Shown here one piece after another: positions 28,527 to 36,743 of a DNA stretch of 64,000 nucleotides. Position 1 is the stretch's first letter. Every line of letters starts with the position of its first letter. The notes under the pieces were generated by a model. The model did not search any database and was not told the origin of the DNA. It saw nothing but the letters and a program-made list of their open reading frames with translations. Source of the stretch: a virus. Lineage: Duplodnaviria > Caudoviricetes. The stretch is from positions 76,646-140,645 of the IMG/VR virus record IMGVR_UViG_3300036778_000062; one strand, written 5' to 3'. Position numbers and translations under genes: made by a program.

Positions 28527-28857
28527 CCTTGCCGGTCAGCTCGACTGCGGCCTTGTCCGTCTCGTTGAGCCAGTGCTTCGCAAGGTGGATGGTCATGTTG
28601 ACGGCGCTCGAACCTGTGCCTTGCGCGTGGCGCAGCTGCAGGCGACGCAGGTTCAGCTTGCCCTTCTGCTTGCCGTTCGCGTAGGCAAGTTGAAGCGCAG
28701 GTTCCTTCAGTCGATTGATGATGGTGCGCTTCTCGCAATCGAAAAAAGCAGCGACCTCATCGTAAGTCGCATGTAGAGCGCCCAGCTTTTCTAGTTGAAC
28801 CGGGTCGATCTCAACTTTCGGCCGCCCAGGCCCGCGCTCCGGTTTACTTCGCGCCAT
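28414..28857 (-). CDS. terS: Terminase small subunit
   Basis: GRP AT-hook, HTH, VELTGKGGGPIE C-terminal motif; overlaps terL. Confidence 0.8.
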   Translation of the reverse strand: MARSKPERGPGRPKVEIDPVQLEKLGALHATYDEVAAFFDCEKRTIINRLKEPALQLAYANGKQKGKLNLRRLQLRHAQGTGSSAVNMTIHLAKHWLNETDKAAVELTGKGGGPIETKNVSPRELIASRIASIAARKRTGGDTGGSD

Positions 28858-28970
28858 AGCAGAACTGCACTCGCCTCAAGGTTTCAGAAAAAGATTTGTG
28901 AAATCAGACCGTTGGAGGCAAAATCTGAGTCGCGACTTCAACTCGCCACCCAGAAAGCAAAGCACCTTCC

Positions 28971-29780
28971 ATGTCGATCATTCAGCTCAACGATGACGGC
29001 GTTTCCGTCAAAGGCTGTTCCCACATTTACGCGCCACGCGGCCAGGCCGGCGAATACTCGGCGCTCGCCGCCAATCCGTATCGGGGCTGCGGCCACAAGT
29101 GCGCCTATTGCTACGTTCCGCGTGTCACCAAGCAGGACCGCGGCGAGTTCAACGCCGGCGCCGTCGCACGCGGCGGCTATCTCGACCAGCTCCGGAAGGA
29201 TGCGGTCAGATACGAACTTGCGGGCGTCACCGAGCAGGTCATGCTCAGTTTCACGTCTGACGTCTACAATCCAACGGACACGTCACTGACGCGGCCCAGC
29301 CTGCAGATCATCAAGGCGCACGGCATGGGCATCTGCACGCTGACCAAGGGCGGCACGCGGGCGCTTGCGGACATCGAACTGTTCCGGCCGTCACGCGATG
29401 CCTTCGCCTCGACACTGACCAGCCTGGACGATCGCTTCTCACAGAAGTGGGAGAGCGGAGCGGCGCTCCCCGGCGATCGGCTTGCTGCGCTGCGCGCCTT
29501 TCACGAGCGCGGCATCTTCACTTGGGTCAGCCTCGAGCCGACCATCGATGTCGAGGCTTCTCTTGCAATCGTCGATGCGACGCATCCGTTCGTCGACCTC
29601 TACAAGGTCGGCCGCGTCAACTACATCGAAATCACTAAGACCACCGACTGGCGCGACTACACGCTGCGGATGATCGACAAGCTCCAGAAGCTGGGGAAAA
29701 GGCACTACATCAAGCAGGACCTGCAGAAGTTTCTGCCGGCTGGGTACTATAATCCGCTCCGCGTCCCACAGCATCATTAG
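28971..29780 (+). CDS. Radical SAM protein (SplB/Rv2578c-like)
   Basis: NPYRGCGHKCAYCY (CxxxCxxC), SDVY, LTKG, WE.GA.....RL, WVSLEP. Confidence 0.88.
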   Translation: MSIIQLNDDGVSVKGCSHIYAPRGQAGEYSALAANPYRGCGHKCAYCYVPRVTKQDRGEFNAGAVARGGYLDQLRKDAVRYELAGVTEQVMLSFTSDVYNPTDTSLTRPSLQIIKAHGMGICTLTKGGTRALADIELFRPSRDAFASTLTSLDDRFSQKWESGAALPGDRLAALRAFHERGIFTWVSLEPTIDVEASLAIVDATHPFVDLYKVGRVNYIEITKTTDWRDYTLRMIDKLQKLGKRHYIKQDLQKFLPAGYYNPLRVPQHH

Positions 29781-29788
29781 GAGCGGTC

Positions 29789-29980
29789 ATGCCAAGTCGG
29801 TTCATAGAGCTTCAGATCGACAACATCGACGAAAAAGAAGTGATCAACTTCGATCTTGTTCGGAGATTCTATCGTAGGCCTGGAACGAACTACACCATTG
29901 TCGAATTTCCGGACGCTAACTCAATAACTGTCAAAGAGACACCTGCACAGATCGCAGAGATTTTGGCCCGACGCGGTTAA
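29789..29980 (+). CDS. Small FlbD-like hypothetical protein
   Basis: 63 aa, IN.D.V...ITVKETPAQI pattern; GGAG RBS. Confidence 0.55.
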   Translation: MPSRFIELQIDNIDEKEVINFDLVRRFYRRPGTNYTIVEFPDANSITVKETPAQIAEILARRG

Positions 29981-30585
29981 CCCTTTCCCTTGAGCACCAG
30001 GCCGATGTACCGCATGGACGCTCCCGTGCGGCCTTCGGCCTGCCAGCGCTTCTCAACCGTGCAGCTCATCCGTCGCGCAAGGCCAGCAATGGCCTTGTCG
30101 ATGACGGCGTCCTGTTTCTTCGATAGCCCGACAATGCCAGTGCGCAGCCCGGTCAGCACCGCAATCGCTTCCGGGACGATGTTGGACTTGTAGGCGAAGC
30201 CGGCGCCTTCGGTCAGCGCTAGGCCGAGCAACTCGCCCGGCGCAACCCGCCGCCGATCGGCGATGATGATCGCCTGAACCCAGGGCGAGCCGTAGCTGTC
30301 CAGATCGAAGATCGAGAAGGACGCCAGATCGATCGCGCGCATCACGCGGCGATTGTCGGCGCAGAACATCAAGCGGCTGTCGCGCTGCGGCTTCATATCG
30401 CAACCGGTGTACCCGGTCGCGTCTTTCCAGACCGCGGAATACATCTGCCCGAAACCGGCGAAGGCATCGAACACCGCCTTATCGCGACCGACGGCATCGA
30501 GCACGCTACGCCTAATCGCGACCTTCGCGCGGAAGGCCTGCGGGTTGTTGTCGGTCTTGACGCCCAGGCCCTTGAACGACATCAC
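29977..30585 (-). CDS. SAM-dependent methyltransferase-like protein
   Basis: Motif I FDAFAGFGQM and FDLDSYGSP (resembles the Trm1/TcmP DxDPYG motif). Confidence 0.7.
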   Translation of the reverse strand: MMSFKGLGVKTDNNPQAFRAKVAIRRSVLDAVGRDKAVFDAFAGFGQMYSAVWKDATGYTGCDMKPQRDSRLMFCADNRRVMRAIDLASFSIFDLDSYGSPWVQAIIIADRRRVAPGELLGLALTEGAGFAYKSNIVPEAIAVLTGLRTGIVGLSKKQDAVIDKAIAGLARRMSCTVEKRWQAEGRTGASMRYIGLVLKGKG

Positions 30586-30815
30586 GCCAACGCGACGTTG
30601 ATGGCCTTCTTGCCGTTGCCTTTGGTGCCGTTCTTGCCTCTCGACTCGCCCATCTGAAAGCTGACTTTCTGATCGGTGATCAGCATCGTGAGCGAGCCGG
30701 CTAGATCGGTTCGGTGCACGAAGACCTCGTCACCGCCTTCGTCGGGGCGAATGAAGCCGTAGCCCTTTTCGTCGTTGAAGAATTTGACCTTGCCGGTGAG
30801 ACGCACGCCTGACAT
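30582..30815 (-). CDS. Cold-shock domain protein
   Basis: GKVKFFNDEKGYGFI (RNP1), VFVH (RNP2). Confidence 0.92.
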   Translation of the reverse strand: MSGVRLTGKVKFFNDEKGYGFIRPDEGGDEVFVHRTDLAGSLTMLITDQKVSFQMGESRGKNGTKGNGKKAINVALA

Positions 30816-30845
30816 GACTTGCTGGATCCTTGGGAGGGATTGGGG

Positions 30846-31187
30846 ATGTGGAACTGGATTTCTGCTTTTGGTGTGCTGATCGAGTTCGTTGGCTTCGGCA
30901 CGCTGGCCTGTGAGCTTTGGCAGACCACGCAAACGTCAATCGTTGAGGCGGTGGATCTAGCTAGCGAGACGTCGGCGTTTGACAGCCTCGTTATCTATGA
31001 TGGATCGGATGGCGAGCCTGGTGGCGCCGAGATCATCGGTGGCGCCATCGGCAAGCAGCTCGACGCCCTCAAGAGAGCGGAGGCCAACCTTCACGAGCGA
31101 ATGGGTTTGATCATGCGCGGTGTCGTCATCAGCGCAGTCGGTGCGTTGCTGCAGGTGATCGGCAGCTTTGGTCAGGCCCTGAACTGA
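30846..31187 (+). CDS. Moron: two-TM membrane protein
   Basis: Hydrophobic N- and C-termini; followed by a GC hairpin at ~31190-31219. Confidence 0.55.
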   Translation: MWNWISAFGVLIEFVGFGTLACELWQTTQTSIVEAVDLASETSAFDSLVIYDGSDGEPGGAEIIGGAIGKQLDALKRAEANLHERMGLIMRGVVISAVGALLQVIGSFGQALN

Positions 31188-31413
31188 AAGCGGCCGGCGG
31201 ACCCGAAGGTGCCGGCCGCAGTGCTTGCGCAGTCCTTTCGCAGACCGCCTCGCGGCCGGTCCGGTATCGTCGGTTCACAGACGGTGACGACTTGGTCTGT
31301 GTCAGGCAGGCGCGCTTGCTCGTGTAAGTAGTGGAAAAACGACATATCGCCATTGCGGGAAACGAGCCCCAGTTGAGAAACTTCGGGCGAACCGATTCGC
31401 TGAGTTTGGACCG

Positions 31414-31632
31414 ATGACGAAAGATGATGCGCGCCGACAGATACTCGCCGAATGGCGAACATGGGCACCGAACCACGCCAGAGCCGCGCCAAAACCCAAC
31501 GGCATGGATGGCTTGATGTTCTTCGCCGACCTGCAGCGGACGAACAGCCACCTCCTAAATTTTAAAGATCGCGGCGACAAGTGGCAGACAGTGCACGGAT
31601 GGCTGCTACGAGATGGACTGGTTTCCGATTAA
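31414..31632 (+). CDS. Small hypothetical protein
   Basis: 72 aa, LLNF...GDKWQTVHGWL; converges on the ParB-N gene. Confidence 0.6.
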   Translation: MTKDDARRQILAEWRTWAPNHARAAPKPNGMDGLMFFADLQRTNSHLLNFKDRGDKWQTVHGWLLRDGLVSD

Positions 31633-32231
31633 CCGATGTTGATCGTGCCTTGCTCGACTGTGACGCCGGCGAAAGGCTTCATGGCCTGTTCGAGTGCGCG
31701 CAGCGCGTTGGCCTGCTGCGCGAGCGGACCCCGTATCGAAATCCAGAACTCGTCTTCCACGGCGCCGGTCTCGATCTCTTTGACTTCGAGATCGTCAGGC
31801 TCGTCCAGGAGCTTCTTGAGCTCGCCCTGCGAGAAGCCGAGAGACAGTGCGTTCTCGCCATCATCCTGCAGCTCGAGGATCACATCGCGCAGGATGTCGT
31901 CATCCCAGCGGGAGTTCTCCGGAATCCGGTTGAGCGCGATGGCGAGCGCCTTGTAGCCGGCTTCCGAGAGGCCGGCGACGACGCGGCATTCGGCCTCAAC
32001 ACGGCCGAGGCGTTTCAGGGCTTCAAGTCGGCCTTCGCCGCCGACCAGGACTCCAGTCGGGCGGATGACGAGCTTGTCGATATAGCCGAAGCGTTCGATC
32101 GATTGCGCGATCTGCGCAATCTGCGATTCCGAGTGCCGGCGCGCATTCTTCGGATCTGGCTTGATGTCGGCCAGCTTGCGCACTTCGTCGGTGATGACGG
32201 GCTCACCGGCGGCTTTGGGCTGTTTCGCCAT
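31629..32231 (-). CDS. ParB/Srx N-terminal domain protein
   Basis: IKPDPKNARRH...QIAQSIERFGY...G.GRLEA...ALNRI.ENSRWD. Confidence 0.85.
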   Translation of the reverse strand: MAKQPKAAGEPVITDEVRKLADIKPDPKNARRHSESQIAQIAQSIERFGYIDKLVIRPTGVLVGGEGRLEALKRLGRVEAECRVVAGLSEAGYKALAIALNRIPENSRWDDDILRDVILELQDDGENALSLGFSQGELKKLLDEPDDLEVKEIETGAVEDEFWISIRGPLAQQANALRALEQAMKPFAGVTVEQGTINIG

Positions 32232-32422
32232 CAGCTCGTTCCGACCTTCTTCAAACGGAAATTGTGCACCCACGTTTCCTTCAGCTCGGCGTCCTTCCAC
32301 CAGGAAACGAGGATCTGTAGGCCATGCGGATAGACCGCGAACCCGACGACCGTCGCCGTGATGTCGCCGCCGTCGATCTGCACTTTGTCGCCAAAACCAA
32401 ATTCTGAATTGTACTGCGGCAC
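32231..32422 (-). CDS. Small SH3-like hypothetical protein
   Basis: AGGAG RBS, GTG start (approximate), FGFGDKV pattern, TGATG coupling to ParB-N. Confidence 0.5.
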   Translation of the reverse strand: MPQYNSEFGFGDKVQIDGGDITATVVGFAVYPHGLQILVSWWKDAELKETWVHNFRLKKVGTS

Positions 32423-32438
32423 TGGAACTGCACTCCTG

Positions 32439-32600
32439 TCAGGCGAACACGCCCACTGCGACGATGGCGACCACTGCGGCGCCGATCGCGATGTACGGCC
32501 ACACCAGCTCCCGCCGGTTGTCGTTGGCGGGCTCTCCCCAATAGCTGCGGAACAGCTCCTCGCCGAAGAGGTTGCGGCGGACGCCGAAGTTGCGGGGCAT
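32439..32600 (-). CDS. 53-aa single-TM protein (not in the ORF track)
   Basis: MPRNFGVRRN...PANDNRRELVWPYIAIGAAVVAIVAVGVFA, read by hand. Confidence 0.5.
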   Translation of the reverse strand: MPRNFGVRRNLFGEELFRSYWGEPANDNRRELVWPYIAIGAAVVAIVAVGVFA

Positions 32601-32666
32601 AAGTCACTTCCGACGGTTGTACCGCCGTTTCGCGATCGGTAGTTTCGCCTTCCTGGGGAGGGTGGA

Positions 32667-33251
32667 ATGCGGTCTATCCTGCGGAATGTAGCGGCATCGC
32701 TACTAACGGCTGTCGGGCTTGGCCCGTTGATCTCCAAAGCGATTGAGCGCTGGGCGGAGCGAAACGGCTATCTCGACGATCCGACAAAAGGACTTCACTG
32801 GCTGGTCAGCACGATCGCATCGGTCACTGATTGGCAGTTTTTCTATCCCTTGATCAGTTTCTTCGCCGGTCTCGTGATTGGTCTCTGGCTTGATTGGATC
32901 TTCCGAAAGATCGACGCGAACAGGAGGGACCAAATCATCATCATTGGCGGAGATATGGAAAGTCTCGGCAAACAGATCGTTGCGCGGACTTCGACCCACA
33001 CCATTGCAGCATGGCCGAACTGTATAAGTGATTTAGTGCCGGAGTTGATGTCGCTGCTTTTGCGGACCAACAAAGTTGGGCTTTGGACTCCTCCGCGCGA
33101 TATTTTGAATCTGAACGACGGCGGAAATTTGCTTCTCAACTATCTGCTTTTCGTCGGCAAGCTTCTTAAGGACGGTCATCTCGAAGAGGCAAAGCAGCAA
33201 GCTTCTTCATACAGTGCTCACCTCAAGAAACCCGAAAACGCGTCGCCGTAA
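32667..33251 (+). CDS. Moron: membrane protein
   Basis: GGGGAGG RBS, lower GC, TM segments, antisense to late genes. Confidence 0.65.
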   Translation: MRSILRNVAASLLTAVGLGPLISKAIERWAERNGYLDDPTKGLHWLVSTIASVTDWQFFYPLISFFAGLVIGLWLDWIFRKIDANRRDQIIIIGGDMESLGKQIVARTSTHTIAAWPNCISDLVPELMSLLLRTNKVGLWTPPRDILNLNDGGNLLLNYLLFVGKLLKDGHLEEAKQQASSYSAHLKKPENASP

Positions 33252-33355
33252 TTGCTACGTCAGCGTCACGAGCAACCACAGGAAGCGACTGGCCGGGAAG
33301 GCACCTGCCGCCACCGCGATCGCCGTCTAGCCAGGCGTCCCCGGCCGCTGACCTA

Positions 33356-33636
33356 TCACCAGAACTTCAGAACGAAATGGATCACCGAGACCAGCTCGCC
33401 ACCGAAGACCATCAGCGCGAGGATCCCGCCGAACGCGACGAAGCGGTATGCCCAGCGCTCGGACATCAGGCCGCGTCCGTGTCGGGAGCGACGTAATCGG
33501 ATTTCTGGAACTCGGAGCGCCGTTCGATCGGAGCCGGCGGCGCAGGACGTTCAAGCCCACCGCCGAATTGCTTCCAGCGAGAGAGATCGTTGTAGCCGCC
33601 CTTGTGTGGGATCGCGGGTTCGAGATGAGATGACAT
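33356..33636 (-). CDS. Two coupled small ORFs (56 aa at 33466-33636; 36-aa TM peptide at 33356-33466)
   Basis: TGATG overlap; second reads MSERWAYRFVAFGGILALMVFGGELVSVIHFVLKFW. Confidence 0.4.
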
Positions 33637-33654
33637 CCAAGTCTCTCGCGTTAA

Positions 33655-34009
33655 GGGACGGTGAAAGAATTGAGGCCGGGACGAATGGGACAAATGGGAC
33701 AAGACGCGAGCGCCGACAGGCGCGCGAGCGTTTCGCTGCCGTGTCACATCGCAGCACCGAATCAGGATGTTCTTTGTTGAGGAGAGATCAGTGAGGGACG
33801 GGTCGCTCTTGCCGCTTGTCAGCGGCTTCGCGCCCCTCAGGACGCAGTTTGCCCATCACGTCTGCGCGCGATGGAGGCCGCGAAATTTTCGGCATGTCAA
33901 GGGACAAATGGGACAAAGAGCCGGAGACCGGTCCTAACGCAATGATGTTACGAGTGAAAAAAATTTGCTGAGACATTTGGGACATTGCGGGACATTTGCG
34001 AAATGTCTC
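33655..34009. repeat. GGGACA repeat cluster 1 (mostly 9-bp period)
   Basis: Copies at 33678, 33687, 33696; 33901, 33910; 33970, 33979, 33989; inverted at 34004 (33678, 33970 and 34004 differ by one base). Confidence 0.8.
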
Positions 34010-34139
34010 ACGTTTTCGACCATCTTAACGATTGTCAACACGTTGAGTCGGTGCCCCAATCGATCGCTTTTGTTGTTCTAGAGCCGATGTCGCCCGGCTT
34101 CGATTTTGATCGATGCGATTTCAATTAGAGGGGCGTGTT

Positions 34140-34502
34140 ATGCGAAAAGTCGTTGCTGGTTCGATCATTGCATTCGCTCTCTGCGCGCAGGTCGAGGCAA
34201 GAGAACAGTGCCAAGCCTGTATGTGCGACCCAAATCTCTACGGGACGTTCCCGGTGTCTTCGCTGGGAGAGTGCCTTCAGCAATGCAGCACGCTCATATG
34301 GTCGTGCAGCGATACATTCACCCCAGACAAAATCTGGGGACCGAAGCACTTTTTCCCCAAAGGCACCGTCGCGCCAAAGGGCTGTATCGTCATAATCATG
34401 CCGGATGGAGGAAAGCTGGTCGGTCCAGCGGCTTGCCGTCCGGTGAACCGTGAATCTCACTTACCAGATTGCCATTTTGGTCCGACTGCAAATCGCTGCT
34501 AA
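34140..34502 (+). CDS. Moron: small secreted Cys-rich protein
   Basis: Signal peptide ending VEA; 10 Cys in the ~100-aa mature region. Confidence 0.6.
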   Translation: MRKVVAGSIIAFALCAQVEAREQCQACMCDPNLYGTFPVSSLGECLQQCSTLIWSCSDTFTPDKIWGPKHFFPKGTVAPKGCIVIIMPDGGKLVGPAACRPVNRESHLPDCHFGPTANRC

Positions 34503-34515
34503 CGCCGATCGAACT

Positions 34516-35046
34516 CTAACCTGGCCTGACATTCTGCGCGGCGAGGATGACGAGACCGCGCGTGAAATTCGCGAGGTGAGCAGAGTAGGGGATTGCCTTC
34601 TCACCGCGTTGGGCCTGGCGCTGGCGATAGAGTTTGTACTCGGCGTTGACCTGTTTCAGCTCGCCCTTGCGCCGCGCCTCTTCGACATCGCGCGTAATCC
34701 GGGCGACGGCATTTTGTGCATCCCGTGAGACCTCATTTGCAGATCGAAACGAGGCGCCGAGATAGCCGGCGACGTTCGCCAGCGTGTCGCGGACTTCTCG
34801 CCCCGGCATATCGATCCAGCCTTCCGGCCGGGTCGCGCCGATCGCTTCCAGATCAGTGAGGGTATGGCTCAGAACAAGTTCGGCGTGCTGCGGTTTGGCG
34901 AACCAAAGCGCATCGACCAGCACGACGTTTTTTTCCTGATCGGTCGAGATTTTCGAGGGCTGCTTGCCGTCAACCGCAAAGACCATCAGCGCGCGGATTT
35001 CGAGCGCGGCGAGGTAGGCCTGAACGAGGGAATCGCGGGTACTCAC
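34516..35046 (-). CDS. Hypothetical phage protein
   Basis: 176 aa ORF with phage-like codon usage, divergent from the 35.2-kb operon. Confidence 0.6.
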   Translation of the reverse strand: MSTRDSLVQAYLAALEIRALMVFAVDGKQPSKISTDQEKNVVLVDALWFAKPQHAELVLSHTLTDLEAIGATRPEGWIDMPGREVRDTLANVAGYLGASFRSANEVSRDAQNAVARITRDVEEARRKGELKQVNAEYKLYRQRQAQRGEKAIPYSAHLANFTRGLVILAAQNVRPG

Positions 35047-35086
35047 AGCGGGATTTAGCTACCCGATCAGCAATTTAGGCCGGATT

Positions 35087-35101
35087 AACAGCTATTCTGT
35101 T
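35087..35101. promoter_or_regulatory. Putative repressor operator AACAG-CTATT-CTGTT
   Basis: Same ACAG-N5-CTGT palindrome as at cro/cI and PL. Confidence 0.75.
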
Positions 35102-35113
35102 TCACGTGAAACC
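35098..35113. promoter_or_regulatory. parS: parS-like site TGTTTCACGTGAAACC
   Basis: 15/16 match to chromosomal parS TGTTTCACGTGAAACA; perfect 14-bp palindrome. Confidence 0.75.
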
Positions 35114-35185
35114 GGGAAAAGGAGCCAAATTAGGCGTATTTTTGCCTATCCATTTGATTTTAGGAGATATTTCGCGTCAAAAGAC

Positions 35186-35214
35186 TTTACAGAAACTCTG
35201 TTACTTGGCATAAC
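35186..35214 (+). promoter_or_regulatory. Sigma70-like promoter (TTTACA-N17-CATAAC) overlapped by operator ACAG-AAACT-CTGT (35189-35201)
   Basis: 17-bp spacing in an AT-rich intergenic region upstream of the plus-strand operon. Confidence 0.7.
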
Positions 35215-35264
35215 GATCTCACTGCAACGGGGCACCGCCCCACGTCCACAACGGAGAATGTGAA

Positions 35265-35501
35265 ATGGCCTTCGCTTTTGATACCCTCGGTTACTCGAAG
35301 CACCTGCAGGGTGCAGGCGTCACGGCAAAGGAAGCCGATGCGCATGCGGAAGCCGCCCGGAATTTCATCATGAACGAGCTCGTCACCAAGTCTGACCTCG
35401 CGCTGGCACTCGAAAACGTCACCTCGGCACTGACCATCCGCCTCGGCGGTATGATCGCGGCCGGTATCGCGGCGCTCGCCGTCCTTCAGCGCTTCCACTG
35501 A
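35265..35501 (+). CDS. DUF1640/CCDC90-like small membrane-anchored protein
   Basis: FDTL.....L..AG.....A.A head, LVTK.DL neck, LTIRLGGM TM. Confidence 0.7.
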   Translation: MAFAFDTLGYSKHLQGAGVTAKEADAHAEAARNFIMNELVTKSDLALALENVTSALTIRLGGMIAAGIAALAVLQRFH

Positions 35502-35582
35502 TCAACGACCGGCGCGGCCTTCGGGTCGCGCCACCTATCCACGGGGCAACGCCCCACCATCGCACAAGGGAGAACGTGCAAA

Positions 35583-36671
35583 ATGTCTACCACCCTCACG
35601 CAAGCCAACGCCCAATGGTCCCGCCGCCCGGCCGATGAACGGTTTTCGTCGATCGAGGCTATGGACCGCGCCGCGCGCGCCTTCAAAACCTCGGCCATTG
35701 TCGAAGAGATCAAGACCAACGCGCTCCGCATCGCGGCGCAGGGCAATGACCTGGTGCTCGAAACCCCGAAGGGCGCGCCCGCACTCCTGACCAACTGGTC
35801 TTTCAGCCAGATCGCAAGCCGCGCCTCCGCGCCGGCGGCATATCTGAAAGACCTTCCGGCCTCGCTCGCGGCCGACTGTCTCAACCACGGGCTCAAGCAA
35901 GCCGGAGACGACGAGAAGGGCGCGCAGCTGCTGCTTGGCAATGCCGGCAAGGCCGTGGCGCCGATCGCACGGGCTATCACCTCCGACAAGTACAGCCGCA
36001 TTTGGAATGCGGACATCACGTCGCGCTTGCTCGAGCTGGAAGCCCGCGGCCCTTGGCAACCGGCGCCGGCGGCCTTCGATGGCTCGCGCGGCCTCTATCT
36101 CGGCGACCGCGATATGTTTGCGTTCCTTGTCGACAACGAACGCCGCATTTTCGAGACCGGTCCCGGCGGTGGTCTGTCCCGTGGCTTCTTCGTTTCCAAC
36201 TCCGAGGTCGGTGACGCTTCATTCCAGATCATGACGTTCTTTTACGAGTACGTATGCGGCAACCATCGGGTTTGGGGCGCGCAGGGTATCGCCGAAGCCA
36301 AGGTCATCCACATCGGCAACGATCAGTCGTCGAAGGCTTTCGACATCATGGCGGTCGAGGTCAAGAAATATGCCGAGGCCTCGGCGAAGGACGACGAGCA
36401 GATGGTCGAGCGCTGCCGGCGCTACGTCATCGCCGCCAAGAAGGAAGACGTCCTTGATGCCATCTTCAAGTTGAAGGTGTCGGGCCTCGGCAAGACCGTC
36501 GCGGGCAAGGCGTACGATCTCGCCGCGCAGCGCGAAGACTGGTACGGCGCGCCGAACACGGCTTGGGGTTATGCCGGCGGCCTGACCGAGATCGCCCGCG
36601 ATCTGCCGAACGCCTCCGACCGTCACGCGCTCGACTGCGCGGCCACCAAGATCATGGAAATGGCTGCCTGA
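35583..36671 (+). CDS. DUF932-family protein
   Basis: W..RPADERF, LTNWSFSQ, LY..DRDMF.FL, GF.V.NSEVG, YVCGN. Confidence 0.75.
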   Translation: MSTTLTQANAQWSRRPADERFSSIEAMDRAARAFKTSAIVEEIKTNALRIAAQGNDLVLETPKGAPALLTNWSFSQIASRASAPAAYLKDLPASLAADCLNHGLKQAGDDEKGAQLLLGNAGKAVAPIARAITSDKYSRIWNADITSRLLELEARGPWQPAPAAFDGSRGLYLGDRDMFAFLVDNERRIFETGPGGGLSRGFFVSNSEVGDASFQIMTFFYEYVCGNHRVWGAQGIAEAKVIHIGNDQSSKAFDIMAVEVKKYAEASAKDDEQMVERCRRYVIAAKKEDVLDAIFKLKVSGLGKTVAGKAYDLAAQREDWYGAPNTAWGYAGGLTEIARDLPNASDRHALDCAATKIMEMAA

Positions 36672-36743
36672 TCAATCCGGAGCGGCAGCGACGCCGCTCC
36701 CTTTCACCTTGGGGCATCGCCCCGCCTTATCGAGGATCATACG

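Noticed and set aside
29247-29260. Second parS-like sequence GTTTCACGTCTGAC
   Set aside because: Only one half matches and it lies inside the radical SAM coding region
1-33636. Holin/endolysin/spanin cassette, including reading the signal-peptide genes as lysis genes
   Set aside because: No endolysin catalytic motifs or convincing spanin lipobox pair; the lysis genes probably lie left of the window
33655-34009. CRISPR-like array
   Set aside because: Repeats are 6-9 bp with no regular 30-40-bp unique spacers; no cas genes
34025-34039. CtrA box (TTAA-N7-TTAA)
   Set aside because: Reads TTAA-N7-CAAC, only a half site; better explained by the minus-strand TTGACA
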